A stretch of DNA of 64,000 bases, taken from assembly GCA_040954595.2 (NCBI GenBank), contig CM082580.2, positions 8,782,390-8,846,389 of the forward strand, given 5' to 3'. The notes under the pieces are model-generated. The model searched no databases. It was not told where the DNA came from and saw only the letters and a list, made by a program, of their open reading frames with translations. Position 1 is the stretch's first letter; every line of letters starts with the position of its first letter. Both the position numbers and the translations under genes were made by a program. Source of the stretch: Balanoglossus misakiensis (taxonomy: Eukaryota; Animalia; Hemichordata). Positions 11,001-24,600 of the stretch are shown one piece after another.

Positions 11001-14000
11001 AACAGTCATAGGACCCACGTATTTCACATTTGTAACACTGAGAAAGTTATGCACTGGGCTTTGTTGCCGTCACGTGAACACATCATGCATAGTCTGTTAA
11101 TTTTTTGAATTTTTTTTTCCGTTTCTGCAAATTTGGCAAGATGTCGCAGATGTAAGGTCATCATGCAAACAGATTTTAGTGCTGACATTTTTGGGTTATC
11201 ATGAAATGGTCACATGATCCTCACATGACTGCCACATGACTGGATGCACGGCTGTCACATGCTTACAGGTACATGATGGCTTTAATGGGTCATAGGTTAC
11301 ATGCCTCGCTAACAAATGCCCGTAGCTGGATATCTCAGACGTAAGATGAGTATGGAGTATACATGTGTTAATTAACTAGTTTAAGATTTAATTGGAGCAG
11401 TGAGAATTGTCACTGAGTACGTCATCATTCTCGGGCTAGCTGTAAAGTATTCCACGATGAAAGGTAGATATCGAATCAGACTGCAGCTATGAGATATCCA
11501 GCTATGACCAGGACCAAAGAAAACATTCTAACACAGAAAGCTTCAATCAACAACTTACAAGACAACAATACATGCAGAGGTCATATTTGAAAGCATACAG
11601 ATTTACGACAAGTATTTTATGAAGAAACTATCACTATAAAAAGTCACAATTCTGGATATGTTCACCATTTTCTTAAAAAGTCTATAACTACAGAGTTAGC
11701 AGACTCGGGCCCACCACCACTACCACCAACACTACATTTACACACAGACAGCAATAATTAACGGTGTGTCTATCCAGCATGCACTTCAGTGTTACCATGG
11801 AAATACATCTTAAAGTAACATTTCTAAGAAGAGGACAGAAAGGAAAATATAAGTTGTTGGAGTTATCTTCTAGTCAAAGATAGACATTAGTCTAGATCAC
11901 TACTAGAGAGATAAAATGTGATAAGAGGTTTTTATATTGATAGAGTGATGGTAAGTCACTTCTCTCTGTGCAAGATTTTGTTTCTGTTCTTCCGATGCTT
12001 CCATCATGTCACGACACAGGGTGCTGTTCCTTGTTTTTTTTGCACTTATTTTTTGAAAATAAAGTTTGACTGGAGAAGAAATGAAGGTTTTACGGCTGTT
12101 CTGTGCTGAACTGACAAGCTCTCTCTTGAATAAATGGAGTTAGGGGGGAGGGATAAGCATTAGGGCCTCCCCGAAATGAAACCACCCTAGCAACAAGAAT
12201 GTGAATCTGAGGCTGAGTGAAACCGCCACCAATGTCCGCCATATTGAATTTGGGGTGGGAAAAAATAGAATCAAGAATGAAGAGAGCATATTAAAGCAAG
12301 AGAGAGCTGAAATTAGCCATTGGGAACCTCTTTCTTGGTCCGAATAAGACATGATGAAAGTGAGGCTTTTTTGACACAGTGAGAAGTGAACTTTATGACA
12401 AATTAGCGACTATGCGTTGTGATGAAAGCGGTAGTTTCGTTGGATACATACCATTGGTCATAAATGGATGGGTGTACAAAATGGAATTTTTTCCCCAGAG
12501 GAAAACAGCATTGGAATAAAAAAAGTTGGGAGGATACAGAAAATGTTTTTTTTTAGTACAGATGATTGTCCAAGGATTCAGAAAAAATAAACGATATGAA
12601 ATTAGGTTAGAAAGGTATTGTTACCTTGGTTGTGTATGGAATTACGAGGAAGATGATTCTGAAATGGTAACCATGGCTACCCACTGAGAGAGCCTTCCAA
12701 AATAAGCAATGTTTGTTTTGTTTCAGGTAAGTCTACAAATATTTAAACACAACGAATCTTTTCATAGCGAAAAATTTGGTGTAGACATGGGATTTTGACA
12801 CTGTTCCTGGCCATTTCATTGCAAAGTTCAAATTTTAAGGTCAGAGGTCAATGATCAAATGTTACAATAATTGACCTCCTACCACTGACCATATGCACCA
12901 ATGGAAATTCACAAAAACAATTTTGTAAATATTTGTTTTTATAAATCTTTTAGTACATGTAAGTGTCATGCATTCAACCCCAAAATTAATTTTACACAAA
13001 GGTCATCTCTTGAAAAAGACAGACAGAAAGATTAATCCTGGTTTTGTTACCATGGTTACACACAAGTCAACTCCGTGGAGCCTGCTTAGAGGGTAAATGG
13101 TGGTATTAGAAAAGATTAGTGACAAACAGTTGTGTGTATCTGTCTACGTGTACCGTGTTTTGTGAAATTATTAGTTCTGTGTCTCAATTCACACACGCTG
13201 CTACACCGACACCATCACAAGACAACAAATAGACACAAATTGGCAAAGTTTCAGATGTGAGAGAGTGAAAAAAAGGCAAAATTGTGAGAAACGTGGCATT
13301 TTGTGTAACAGTGTCAGAAATTTTCAATCTGTTTACAGTGAATATTGTAGACTACTGCAAAAAATGGGAAAGCATCCAGGATTCAATAATATAGATCAGG
13401 CAAGAATTCTCAGGGAGATTTTTTTAATCAAATCATGATCAGGAATTTTTTTGTTCAAGATGGAGACCGTAATACTTTTGCCAATTTTCATTATGAAAAG
13501 AAAATTATAGTTTTAGAACAAAAACACTTGGGACATAATCTGTGGCAGTCAACACACATATACACCTAAACGGAAACCGGACCCACAAAATTACATAAAA
13601 TAAACAGAAAATAATTAAAAAAAACAGGGATGGGGGAAAATATTTTTAAAAAATTGGTTTTTAGCAACTCACTTCAAAGGTGGTGAAGTCTCCCCATCTT
13701 CCTTTGGTAGCAAAACTACAAGCTTTTCCTTGTCAAATTTGTCTGTATCGTGTTTAGCCACTGAGAGGTTCTTTTGGAGTTGCGCCTTAGATTTGAGAAT
13801 GTTACATTTCATGTTGTCTGGAGCTATGGTTTGGACAGCGCCGGCCAGTTTATCGAGGGGCTGTTGGTTATTTGGCAAAGTGTTTATGCTGAGGTTTATG
13901 TCCCGGGGTGATGTAGCTGTTTGTGCCTTTCTGTGGATTGAGGGTGATTCAAGACCCTTCAGTTTGGCTGCGGCTGCTTCAGACGGACCTGGGTGTAACA

Positions 14001-17000
14001 AACAGACAGGTAAGACTATGACTTAACTGACCACACACATGAAAAACGCAGTGTTACACGCATTACGAACTGTGGTGTTGATTTTTGCGTGTCTGTGTCT
14101 GTCGGCCATATTGGAATTAACTGATGTCAAAGGTCAATGTGGAATACCCCTTTCCCCTGCTATTAACGACAGTACTCCAACATTCTGTACTTTTAACCAC
14201 TTTCCCCCCATAAAATGAGCATGCTAAACAATTGTCAGCTACGACCTTTGACCTCAGCCGATTCCAACATGGCTGACCAAGACTGTGCAATGTATGCTTT
14301 AATCATATGAAAAGCATAGGTAGGTGTTTTTGTTTTTGTTTTGTTTTGTTTTTGTGGATGGAGGTATCCAGCATGATGGGGAAGTGAGGAAGTAAACAAA
14401 AATCAAAACTGCACTCCTTTCCAAAGCATGCAAACACCGACATGCAGGAAATAATGGAGAAAAAACAACAGGGTGCAGTATGAAAATAGTTTTATTCTCA
14501 TGATTTTAACCGTGAAACATGAGAAATATTCCCTTAATCATGATTGTCTCAGAATAAAATGGCAAAAGTCGGGAATTAACTTGGGAATTAAAATAAAATG
14601 CCCTTTACCTAATTAAAAACCAGCAGCTAAACTTACTACCGACGGTGACGTTTTTCAGTAAAAAGCCAGAAAATCAAATTTCCCAATATATATATATACA
14701 TACATATATTACTCACATCCATGCAGGAAAGTTTCTCTTAAAATATAAAACAATGCACAAATACCTTGGATAAGAGGAACTGACTCTGGGTCTAAAACAT
14801 ACATGTAGGCTGCTTTGTTTTACATGCATTAAACAGCAATGAGAATCTTCCACATCCAATGGGCTACAATACATTCATATGCATTAAAGAAAGGTCATTT
14901 TTTGTTCATTTACAGATGGAATGAGTGGGTGGGTGATGTATTTGATCGATTAAAAATATGTGTAAGTGTTCGTTGTTATGTTAAAAATTTTCTGATGTAA
15001 ATTTTAAATTTTTTTACGCTCCAAGGTGTGTTAATATTTTGAGTCCTGCCAATCGTCCATTCCATTTTCTCTTACTAGAAATATGCGGAGTACATACTCA
15101 TTTGTTTGACACCTGTGGTTGGAATCGTCGCAGAGTCTAGTTTCAGAGTCTCGTTATCGGGCTGTGTTGTCGCGGTGGAACTAGTTGGGTCGGTCTCGAT
15201 CGAGCTCGTCACGTCAGAGCTCGATGCTCGGTCGTCGTACGCATCCCCAATGCTATTTTGATGCTTACTGATTTGTGCGGTCACTTCGTCGAGGTTCGTT
15301 TCCTGTAAAGTCACGACCCCGACGCCGTTGCTGCTCCCAGCTGCCGTCGTGGAGTAGTCTGTTCCGGCGGGGGTGGCGGCGGCTGCCGGAACAGCGTTTG
15401 CGGTTGCGTCCTCCAGGGTAACCAGTGTGTCGACTGCGGGCTCCGCCTCCGTTGAGAGGGTTCCATTCGCCATCGCTGTGCTGTTCTCTAACCTGCCGAA
15501 AGCAATCCCCACAAAAAAATTAAGGTATTAAGAGTTAAGGTTTGCGGTCACCTGTGCGAAGTAAACCAGTTTTCAAGGAAACTGCAAATGAAACTGCCAC
15601 ATGAAAAACGTGCACCAACAGTCACTAGAAGACTCAGACAGACGCCTACCTTTCTTTTGCACGTCTATCCGCGGCTAGTCTTTCTTGAGCTGAAAAAAAT
15701 CAATGACTTCACAGTTCTCATCATGTTTTTCATTCTTTAGACAAAATAATTCAAGCCATATGTAAATTAGAAGTGGATGAGTTTAATACGGAAGCTGCCC
15801 AAAGCTAAATTTTTATTCAAGATTGCTTAGCTGCCAATCATGTCCAGAACAAACACACGCCATGTAGGGGTTAAAGGTGAAAGGTTAATCTAAGGTCACC
15901 TTTGAGAGCTTCTCTCCTTGCATGTGACGGTCTCCTTGAAAACCTCTGACTGGGTCTCCTGTCAAATTGCACTGATCGTCTGCTCCTGTTCTGTTTCGCT
16001 GTTTGGTACTCTGTCCTGCCACTACAGTCCAAATTTAAACACACACAAAAAAAACAGAAATTAAAATGGACATTTTGCACATTCCCTGTAGGCTGTACAA
16101 GGCAAGAATGCTAAATGACTGTGAACACAAGAACACAGCCATGGCCGTGCAGTTGTTGACTTGACTGTCTGGAAGGGCAGTTGTTGACAGACCGACACAA
16201 AGAACAGACTGTACTCAAGTCTTCTCCTGGTGAAACTTGACCAGGTGCTCAAATCCAGCTCCAAGCTTTTCCTTTTGTAAGTGAGGTTGGTGTTTACCAA
16301 GAAACGATCAAGTCAGGATTAAAAACTTGACCAAGAGATTAAGAAGATCCTTTAGCACAAGTCTACTTTAATTCTTTCCGTTTTACTTTGGATATTGATT
16401 CAGCTGACTTTTTCACAAAGTCATGTGTCCTTGGAAGTGTAGAAAACCAAAAGCACAAATCTCACATTCTTGACACAGGTGATGGACAAAAAAACTTCTG
16501 GACTTCTACACTTGGGGTGGGGGGGGGGGTGGGGGTTCGTCTCTTCAGCACAGCCAGCTTTGCACTCACCTGTATCTGAACCTTGACCCCATTCGGAGGA
16601 ATCCCTGTTTCGTGCCGGGGTCCCTCACCGGTCCCCGAAGCCGGAAAAACGCGTGATGCTCCACGGCGCACTTCCACAGATGTTTGCACGCCCTCAAGTT
16701 GTGCAACCGGAATACAAACGTGTGCTGTTGCTCCGCGCCCTTTAAAAAGAGACAAGTCATTAATTCACGATGAGGTCGGACGCTTTGACCTCCTGGAAAA
16801 ATAAATGATATTAGTCATGACTGTATGGTTACTACTGTGTTTAATAGCAGCAATATGTGGCAGCAAGCCATGTTATTTACAGGTCAACGGTCCACTGGCT
16901 GATTTGTTTGTCTTGTGACAGTCTGGACAGTATATTGAAACTCCGAGATCATTTGTCAAAAACAGTATTGATCCAAGCTGTTCATAGTGAACATTGAGGG

Positions 17001-18612
17001 GGTTATGTAGAGTTCAGGAGACAAGTAATCTGCAATGATGATTACAGAGTTTAATACTTTGCCAACCTAGTTATGCACTCACAGTCACACACTGACACAG
17101 CATTTCAACTCTCTTACACAACACTCAAACATCACGCAAACATGCTAAACTGGCAACTGCCCTTTTACGACTTTCACAAACACTTCTCTAAAACCATCAC
17201 AAAACTATATTTGTTCTGACACACTCCTCATTCTATTTTCTGCAACAGTTTCCGTCGATAAAAACAGTTCACAGGGTTTGGATAAAAGCGAAATAACCGA
17301 GCACTGTTAAGTTTTAATCTAGGCTCAGTCAATGCTAATTTTTAATGCCTGTATTCCTGGAGATATAGATTTTACTGTAACATTTCATCTGCAAGAGACC
17401 TTGTGTTGTTGACACTGCCTGAAACCTGTAACTTGAAGAGAGCTACTGGCACATGCCCTTTGACCTTCTGAGGTTCTATCTGTAAACACTGTATTTCCTT
17501 GAAACTGCTGGCCTGCCCCATGAGCTTTGCTCAACAGCAATGAGCATACAGCGTATTTAGCTTCACTCTTTGTCATCATTCAAATCAAAGCCACAAGCTA
17601 GACTTGGCAAATGCCATCAAGTGTGAACATATAGCTGGTCAGTCAAACAGAAACACAGGCTATGTACATGACGTCTATCTGTATTAACAAGTTGATAAAT
17701 CAAATCCTCACTTACCTGGTCGTCATCTTCCACTACAACCAGCGTCAACTTCTTCTTACTGAAGTCCAGTTTGACGATTTTGGGCCAGAAAAACAGCCCT
17801 ATTTTGTTGTCGCCTTCAAAGACCAAGATTCCCGTCGGTGTGAGTCCCAAATGGTAATCATTGCCATCTTTGCCCTTTTGAACGAACGAAAAAAACGTTT
17901 GAGAAAACTGGATGCTTTAGGTGAAAACTTGTTCAGTCATGTATAGTGTGACGTATCTTATGTTCCAACACAACTCAAACTTACCAGTACAGTATGCATG
18001 TCTACACCGTACATTTCCAACCACTTTGCCTTATTCAGGTAATTCATTTCAGCGTCGGCTGGTGTCTGGCCCCTAGCAAAATTCAAAATCACATAAAACC
18101 AAGTTATTCACACAGAAAGATTGAACCAATACCAATGTACCAATGTACCGAATTACATGTATGTTCACACACAGTACAATATACAGAGAAACTACATGTA
18201 GTTGTACATGTCCGACTACCGAGTCAACTCACTTGCATTCTTTGTACTTTTCTGTAATATCAATTTCCATCTGTTCCGACTGCTCGGGCACAAAACGAAA
18301 TTCAGACACGAATCCTGGTGTGTGCACCTCATCATCGAAGTCGCCGAGTTCAGCTGTCGGTGGGACAGAGAAAAACATTTCAGTGTCAGTGAATCACATG
18401 GATATACTTCATCATAACCTCGAGCAAGACACTGTCATCAGAGACTCAAATCATCTACTCAAAATCCTTCTATAGTCACTGTCAAATCTGGAGACAAACT
18501 TCGGTATACTTACATTGCAGTGCGTATGCACAGAGTTCTACTGCAGTATCATAAGGTGGTTCAAGTCGACCCTGGATAATGTCGAGCTTTAGTTGTGAAA
18601 AGAATAAATACC

Positions 18613-18658
<46 letters not shown>

Positions 18659-21600
18659 AAACAAGGGAAAATGGTCATTGCGTGCAGATAAATGGGGTGT
18701 ACACAATCAACATCCTGTCAGGTTTTACAACAGTACAGAATCCATCTAGTGCTTGACATATGCACTATCTAAAGTTGTGCTTTCCCAGGCATAAACACAT
18801 TGGACTGCTTTGTCTTGATTGGAGACACTGCATTCTGATTAAAAGTATGAACAGGCAGACAACCTACCTTGTGAGTTCTTCCCTTAAGTTGTTTGGTTCT
18901 GAGGAGTAAAACTTGACCTTTAACCTGAGCGTGTACGGTGGCCCAACTGTGAGAAATGTCAGAGTCAAAATAAACGAAAAATAGTCACGTTCTGTTTTCT
19001 CATGAAAACACTTAGCGAGGTGAGATGAAGCACACAGTGTCAAAGATCTAAAATGAAAAAAAAAATGTCTACATGTGTGAACGGGACTGTGTGTTGTCAT
19101 CGACCATGCCTGTCCTTACCAGTCCCCGCTTTCTGCAAGAATTAACTGTGACGTTGCCATGGCAAACAAAGGGTTATTCAGCACTGGTTATTTTTCCATG
19201 GCAACAGAAGACAAGGGGAGTGGAAGGTCTACGGCAAGATTCGACGATGGCGGTGAGAAAGCTTTTTTTTGCAAAGCAGTGACAGCCTTCCCCTAGTTGT
19301 ACAGGGAAGACTACATGTACATGTGTATGCGCTTCACAATGGTGGTGTGGGAGCCGGTGCTTGCTGTCATCGAGAACGTATTAAACGTCAAACACACAGC
19401 GCTATGCCAAGTCAGCCACCTGTCTCCCGTTCTGTCCAGAAGTCAGGAGTCTGTGTGAGCTGCTGCTGCTTGAACACTACAGAGCTGTACATGTACTATG
19501 CAGCCTGTATGGAAACACTGGCAGCCAACAAAGGTTGAGAGAATGATGGCGGACTGAGCACAGCTGCACAACACGTTGTCTACTTGGGCAGAACAACTCC
19601 ATGCTCTGTACCGGTTGTGGGAATTAAAAATAAATGCCACCACTCAAAATGAATGAATATATAAACCCTTTAAATGAGATGAAAGAAATACGGCGGTAGT
19701 TACTGAGATTTTAATGGTATGTATTATATTACAAAACACTGCCAAAGAGGTGAAGTTTTAGAAATAGGAAAAATGCACATGAGATGTGCTAGTTGACGGA
19801 GACATATCAGCTTATCGAAAAATACACTGTATATACAATAGATGAAATTCTCTTTGCATACGGTGGTGACCAGGTGTCTTAGAATAGCTATCATTTGAAG
19901 CATACAAGACCGGATAGAAAACTATATAGAGTACAGACCGGTGATTAGCTGATTTCAAACTAAGGACATTCCTTGGATTTTTTTTTTTGCCAACAGCAGT
20001 AAGAAAGTTAGAAGTGCGAGAACACAATGCTGCACTTGCAGAGTCCTGCTCACCCATACGGACCCCCTCTCTCCAAATAGACTGACCCACGACACCAAAG
20101 ACAACTGCAGGATCATACCAAAATGCAAGAGAGAAATGGGGGTGAACAGGCTGAGAGTGAGTCTCAGAACAAGTGAAGCAGTCACAGCGCATTGCGTTAA
20201 AGTCTGTATATATGTGTGTAAGGCGGCACGTGAGAGACGACGGCAGAGAGAAGTTTTTGCACATGCGGTACATGTGCAGTGGTGTTGAGAAACAACTTAC
20301 CAACACTCACTGTCCATGGTAGCATGGATATAGGAGAGCGACGGAAGGTGACAGATTGTTGTAAAAAAAGAAGAAATACAAAAAGAGAGTTAAAATTAAT
20401 TATGTTTAGAAAGGGGGATGTATTAGTTCTGAATTTAACTTAGCGTTTGGTTAAAAAGATTATTTGTTGTCTGTGGGTGTGCAAATTAAACATTTGTGTG
20501 GGTGTCCATGTATGTATGTGTGTGTGTGCCTTCACATTGGTATGTGTGTGTATCCAGTGCACATATTTACAACAAGTAGTGTACTAATGACAAAGTGTCA
20601 AACACAAATTATAGACTCATTTACTTCATTTATTGCTGTCGGACAAACAAAATATTTACCGGTTATGGGAATAACAAGCAAACGACATGGGTGTAAAAGT
20701 ACATATTTTCTGTTTGTACATCACACTTTTGTATGTATGACGAGAATGTGGTTGCTTTCCCATTGAAATACACATTAGGATTCTTGGCTGAGTCACTGTA
20801 CACACAGAAGGGTCGACAACAGTGCCATGTACATTACAGGGAAATCAGACCAGGGATTGGGAACTGGGCCTTTAACAACACAGAACATTGACTTACTTTT
20901 TACTTGTTTCTTTACGCTTTTTGTTGGATCCAACCAATGCTACAATAAATACAGAAGACAGAAAATATGATGAATACGAACAGGAGATCTGACACTTTCC
21001 CCTGGACTGAAAATGCCGTGATATCAACATTTCTGAAGCTAGAAGTCAAGACTTCGCAGAATTATGCTCGCTATTTCGTCCCATTATCTTGAACTGCCAC
21101 TTGCATGGAAAATGTTGACAGTAAGTACATCCAGATTAGCCTGCCAGGGTCAAGGGTCATGACCCCAATGGGAGGATAATTCAAGGTCATGTTTGTTATC
21201 ACTGCATCAGCTGTGCTTACAATGCACATTTTATCCACCCCAACATAATTTACCAGCGAGATTAGTTTTCCTGATATGTTTAGTCCAGATGTGTGCACTG
21301 GTGTGATAATTTTTTTAACGAATTTTATCTTCCAATAACAAAGAAAATATCATTTCAACAACTGTATATAGACATGCTTACAGGGTGGGGCTCTTTGCTG
21401 TATTAAGGTCAGATGATTCCCATATAACCCTTCAAAACTGATGTGGTATTAAAAGGGACCTTTGTTTTCCCAAAATAAAATAGACACCACAGACCAAGCC
21501 ACTTCATCTGTTATTTTCCACAGTCGTTTATCAAAACTGAACGCTGTCCCATTGATTTCTCATCAACAACTGACATACAGGCAACGAAAATGATGATGGA

Positions 21601-24600
21601 AAATCAAAACATTTTCAATCCTGATGGCACATCACAATAGTTTTGACTTCTTGCTGTTTTAAATATAGCTGCATTCCCAAACCGCGGGCAATGTCATGTG
21701 AAGGACTTGCACTTTAGTACTGACAGAGGTCAAACAGCAGAAGTTTACAGTTACGAGTTTATTTCATTGAGACATCATAAACAGAACCCCCCCCCCCCAG
21801 CCTTTTCTTGCATTGTTCGTTTCTGACAAAATACAAATTGCTTTATCAGCAGATTATGTTTATTGTGTTTGGCTTCTTTCAAGGGTATTTAGGAATGGCC
21901 TATCTAAGCAAGCCCCGGGGCTAGCTGGGGACACACAGCATTCATCTACATGTACACAGGAATTTATAAAGATACTGTATCTGATTTCGGGATACAAAGA
22001 AACTCACAGATTCCGTTTTGTCATTTCTTTCATTCAAGGTTTACAGACCGTTATCAACAGACTTTTCTACGGGGCTGACGTTGGGTTTTAAGACTCGAGA
22101 CATCAGAGAGAATATATCAGATTATTAGGAGGGACATAACACATGCTACACTTAAACCCTACACCATTATACTATGCACTGCAAGGCTTGTTATAAGTAA
22201 CATAACATGGAGTACTTTCTACAACAGTATGTGGCCGGATGTACTGCCCTATCACAGACTAATTGCTCTGTCGGCCGCAGTCCAGACATAACCATCTGTA
22301 GTAAATTCACACATGGTACATGGATGTCATTTCTATAGCACATGTAAACTACAGTTCAAGCTGTCATTATGAACCTCCAACAGGAACACACATCACAGTT
22401 TTTATTTTGGCTAGACCAACCCAACCGTCACATAAATTTACACAGCAGAAAAAAAAGCCTCTTTGGCAACAATTCAAAGGATCTTCAGTTCTACAATCAC
22501 CGATTAAAAGTGTTAGAAGTCGCACATACTTTTCTTCGAGATTAGCATGCTTGACCACAACAGACTGTACAGTTGTATCGTAACGGATGCCAATAAAATT
22601 ATATCGAGTCTGTTAAATATTTGTTATTGCATAATTGCCAAGTTTTATATCCTTCCGTTTCACATATCAGTCATTCTACTCCGTCTGAACACTCTGAAAA
22701 GCTGAGATGGAATTTACATTGATAAGACAACAGCTGAAGTGACACTTGGCATTGCCGTGTTTTTGAAAGTACTCTTCTTTTCGATTGGTCTATTGGTGTC
22801 ACATGGTTGTCACACGACCATGATCCAGCACTTGACTTACCTGGACGTGATTGGCATCCATAAAACTCAGACCAAAGTAGTCTTTTTCTACAAGGTCTAA
22901 TGTGTAGAAAATTTGCTCGTAAAGTTCCTGTCCGAGTGCCTTTTTCTGAAAAAACAATAAGAGAAACAATGTTATTAAAATAAAGTAATATCCATCTGCA
23001 ATCATGAAACATTTTTGAATTTCTCACTTCCTGGGGTCATAGAATTAAAACCACATCTGTTCAAGCCTTAACATTGTTCCGTATCCCCAAATGACGCGTG
23101 TAATACAGATAAGGGCAACCCATGATCTCTTTCTTATCAAATGGTTTTCTGAAATTTATATATAACTCAAAAACAACCCTGGCCGCATCCATGATTCCTA
23201 GAATTTGGACATTTTAATCATTTGAGCTTGTGACAGCAGATGCCAACAAGCAGCAATCACGACCAGAAACGCTAAAAATACACACAAAGTAAAGATTAAT
23301 ATATGTAAAGCCTTGGAGACTTTTAGTTCCCTGCCTCTCTACACCCCAAACCTTGCTTATCCACTTACACGGCACAGTGTCAGATTACATTCATTACAGA
23401 GACCCTAATCAACCCCTGAAACATTCAGATGTGGCACTGAACAGCTGGGTTAGACTCTGACTCTGAGAGATGCTAAATTTGTCACAGTTTTAATATCACA
23501 GAACGGGAACTGCATTATACAGTAGCAAGCTACCCTGAGGAGTGAAGTGAGAGATTGATCCACAGGATGTAGGCAGGGAACAGAGTTATTTCACAAAATA
23601 CGAGACTGCATGCCACTGATATTTTCGTCCGCCCACGCTGACTGATGCTGGACGGTATTACTCTGCAATCACGTTAGACCCGCCTTTACGTCCAATATCA
23701 TATGGTGACCTCTGACCCTGTGGGCAGCTTCCATCTACTCTAGATTTCGGGAAGTCATGATGTGTGCTGATACAGTGCTGATATACAGTGAGGAGTGGAA
23801 CAAAACTGATACTGAAAATGTTCCGATTGTGAATGACAAAAATTTATTTTTCAAACAAGTGTAACAGTGACACCTATTTTCGTAGACGAAAACACCAATT
23901 AAACTGAAATGCCCGTTTATTTAAGCGAAGCCATAAAAGTCACAGCTGCCGCTGTGCGTTCAACTGCTGTACAAGATTTTAAATTACATGCCTCCCAGGC
24001 TAGTGATCCACACACACATTCTCTGTTTTTATGGCAGATATAATTCAGCAATGGCGGAGTTTACCCATACAGATGCTACTGCTGTCTCACAATCGATGAG
24101 GGCAATGACTTCTAAAGAGCACAGGGATATTAATAATAATGTTTATGCAGAACACTCATTTTAATATTAAATTGTATGACAATTACTTTTATCGAACTAA
24201 TCATTGTTTTCATCTCATATTTCAACAATTTGATTGATAAATTTATGGATACAATGCTTCCTTCTAAATCACTGTTGGTGTTACTATTGATGATCCCAAT
24301 CCATCATTCTATTAATTCTGCCACGTTTCAAACAGTCGCACGAAATATTTGCATCATGCCATCACAGATCTGTTTTATGTTGACGTTTCCAGGTCACTAG
24401 TTTGTTGATAGCCTCAGTCCGCAAGGCCATAACTTGTGACGTACTAAAATTTTCACGAAAGTCATCTTTGTTGATTTTCAACAATGTAGTGGATTTATAA
24501 ATAACAAGAATTTACTAGTTTAGGGCATTAGAAAATGTAACATATAATCTGAAGGTATGTGTAAACTGTTTACTGATTATTAGACGTTGACCGATCTTCA

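Noticed and set aside
12712-12732. Plus-strand tttgttttgtttcag|gtaagt resembling a recursive splice site
   Set aside because: Antisense to EPB41L5, with no evidence of a plus-strand transcript here.
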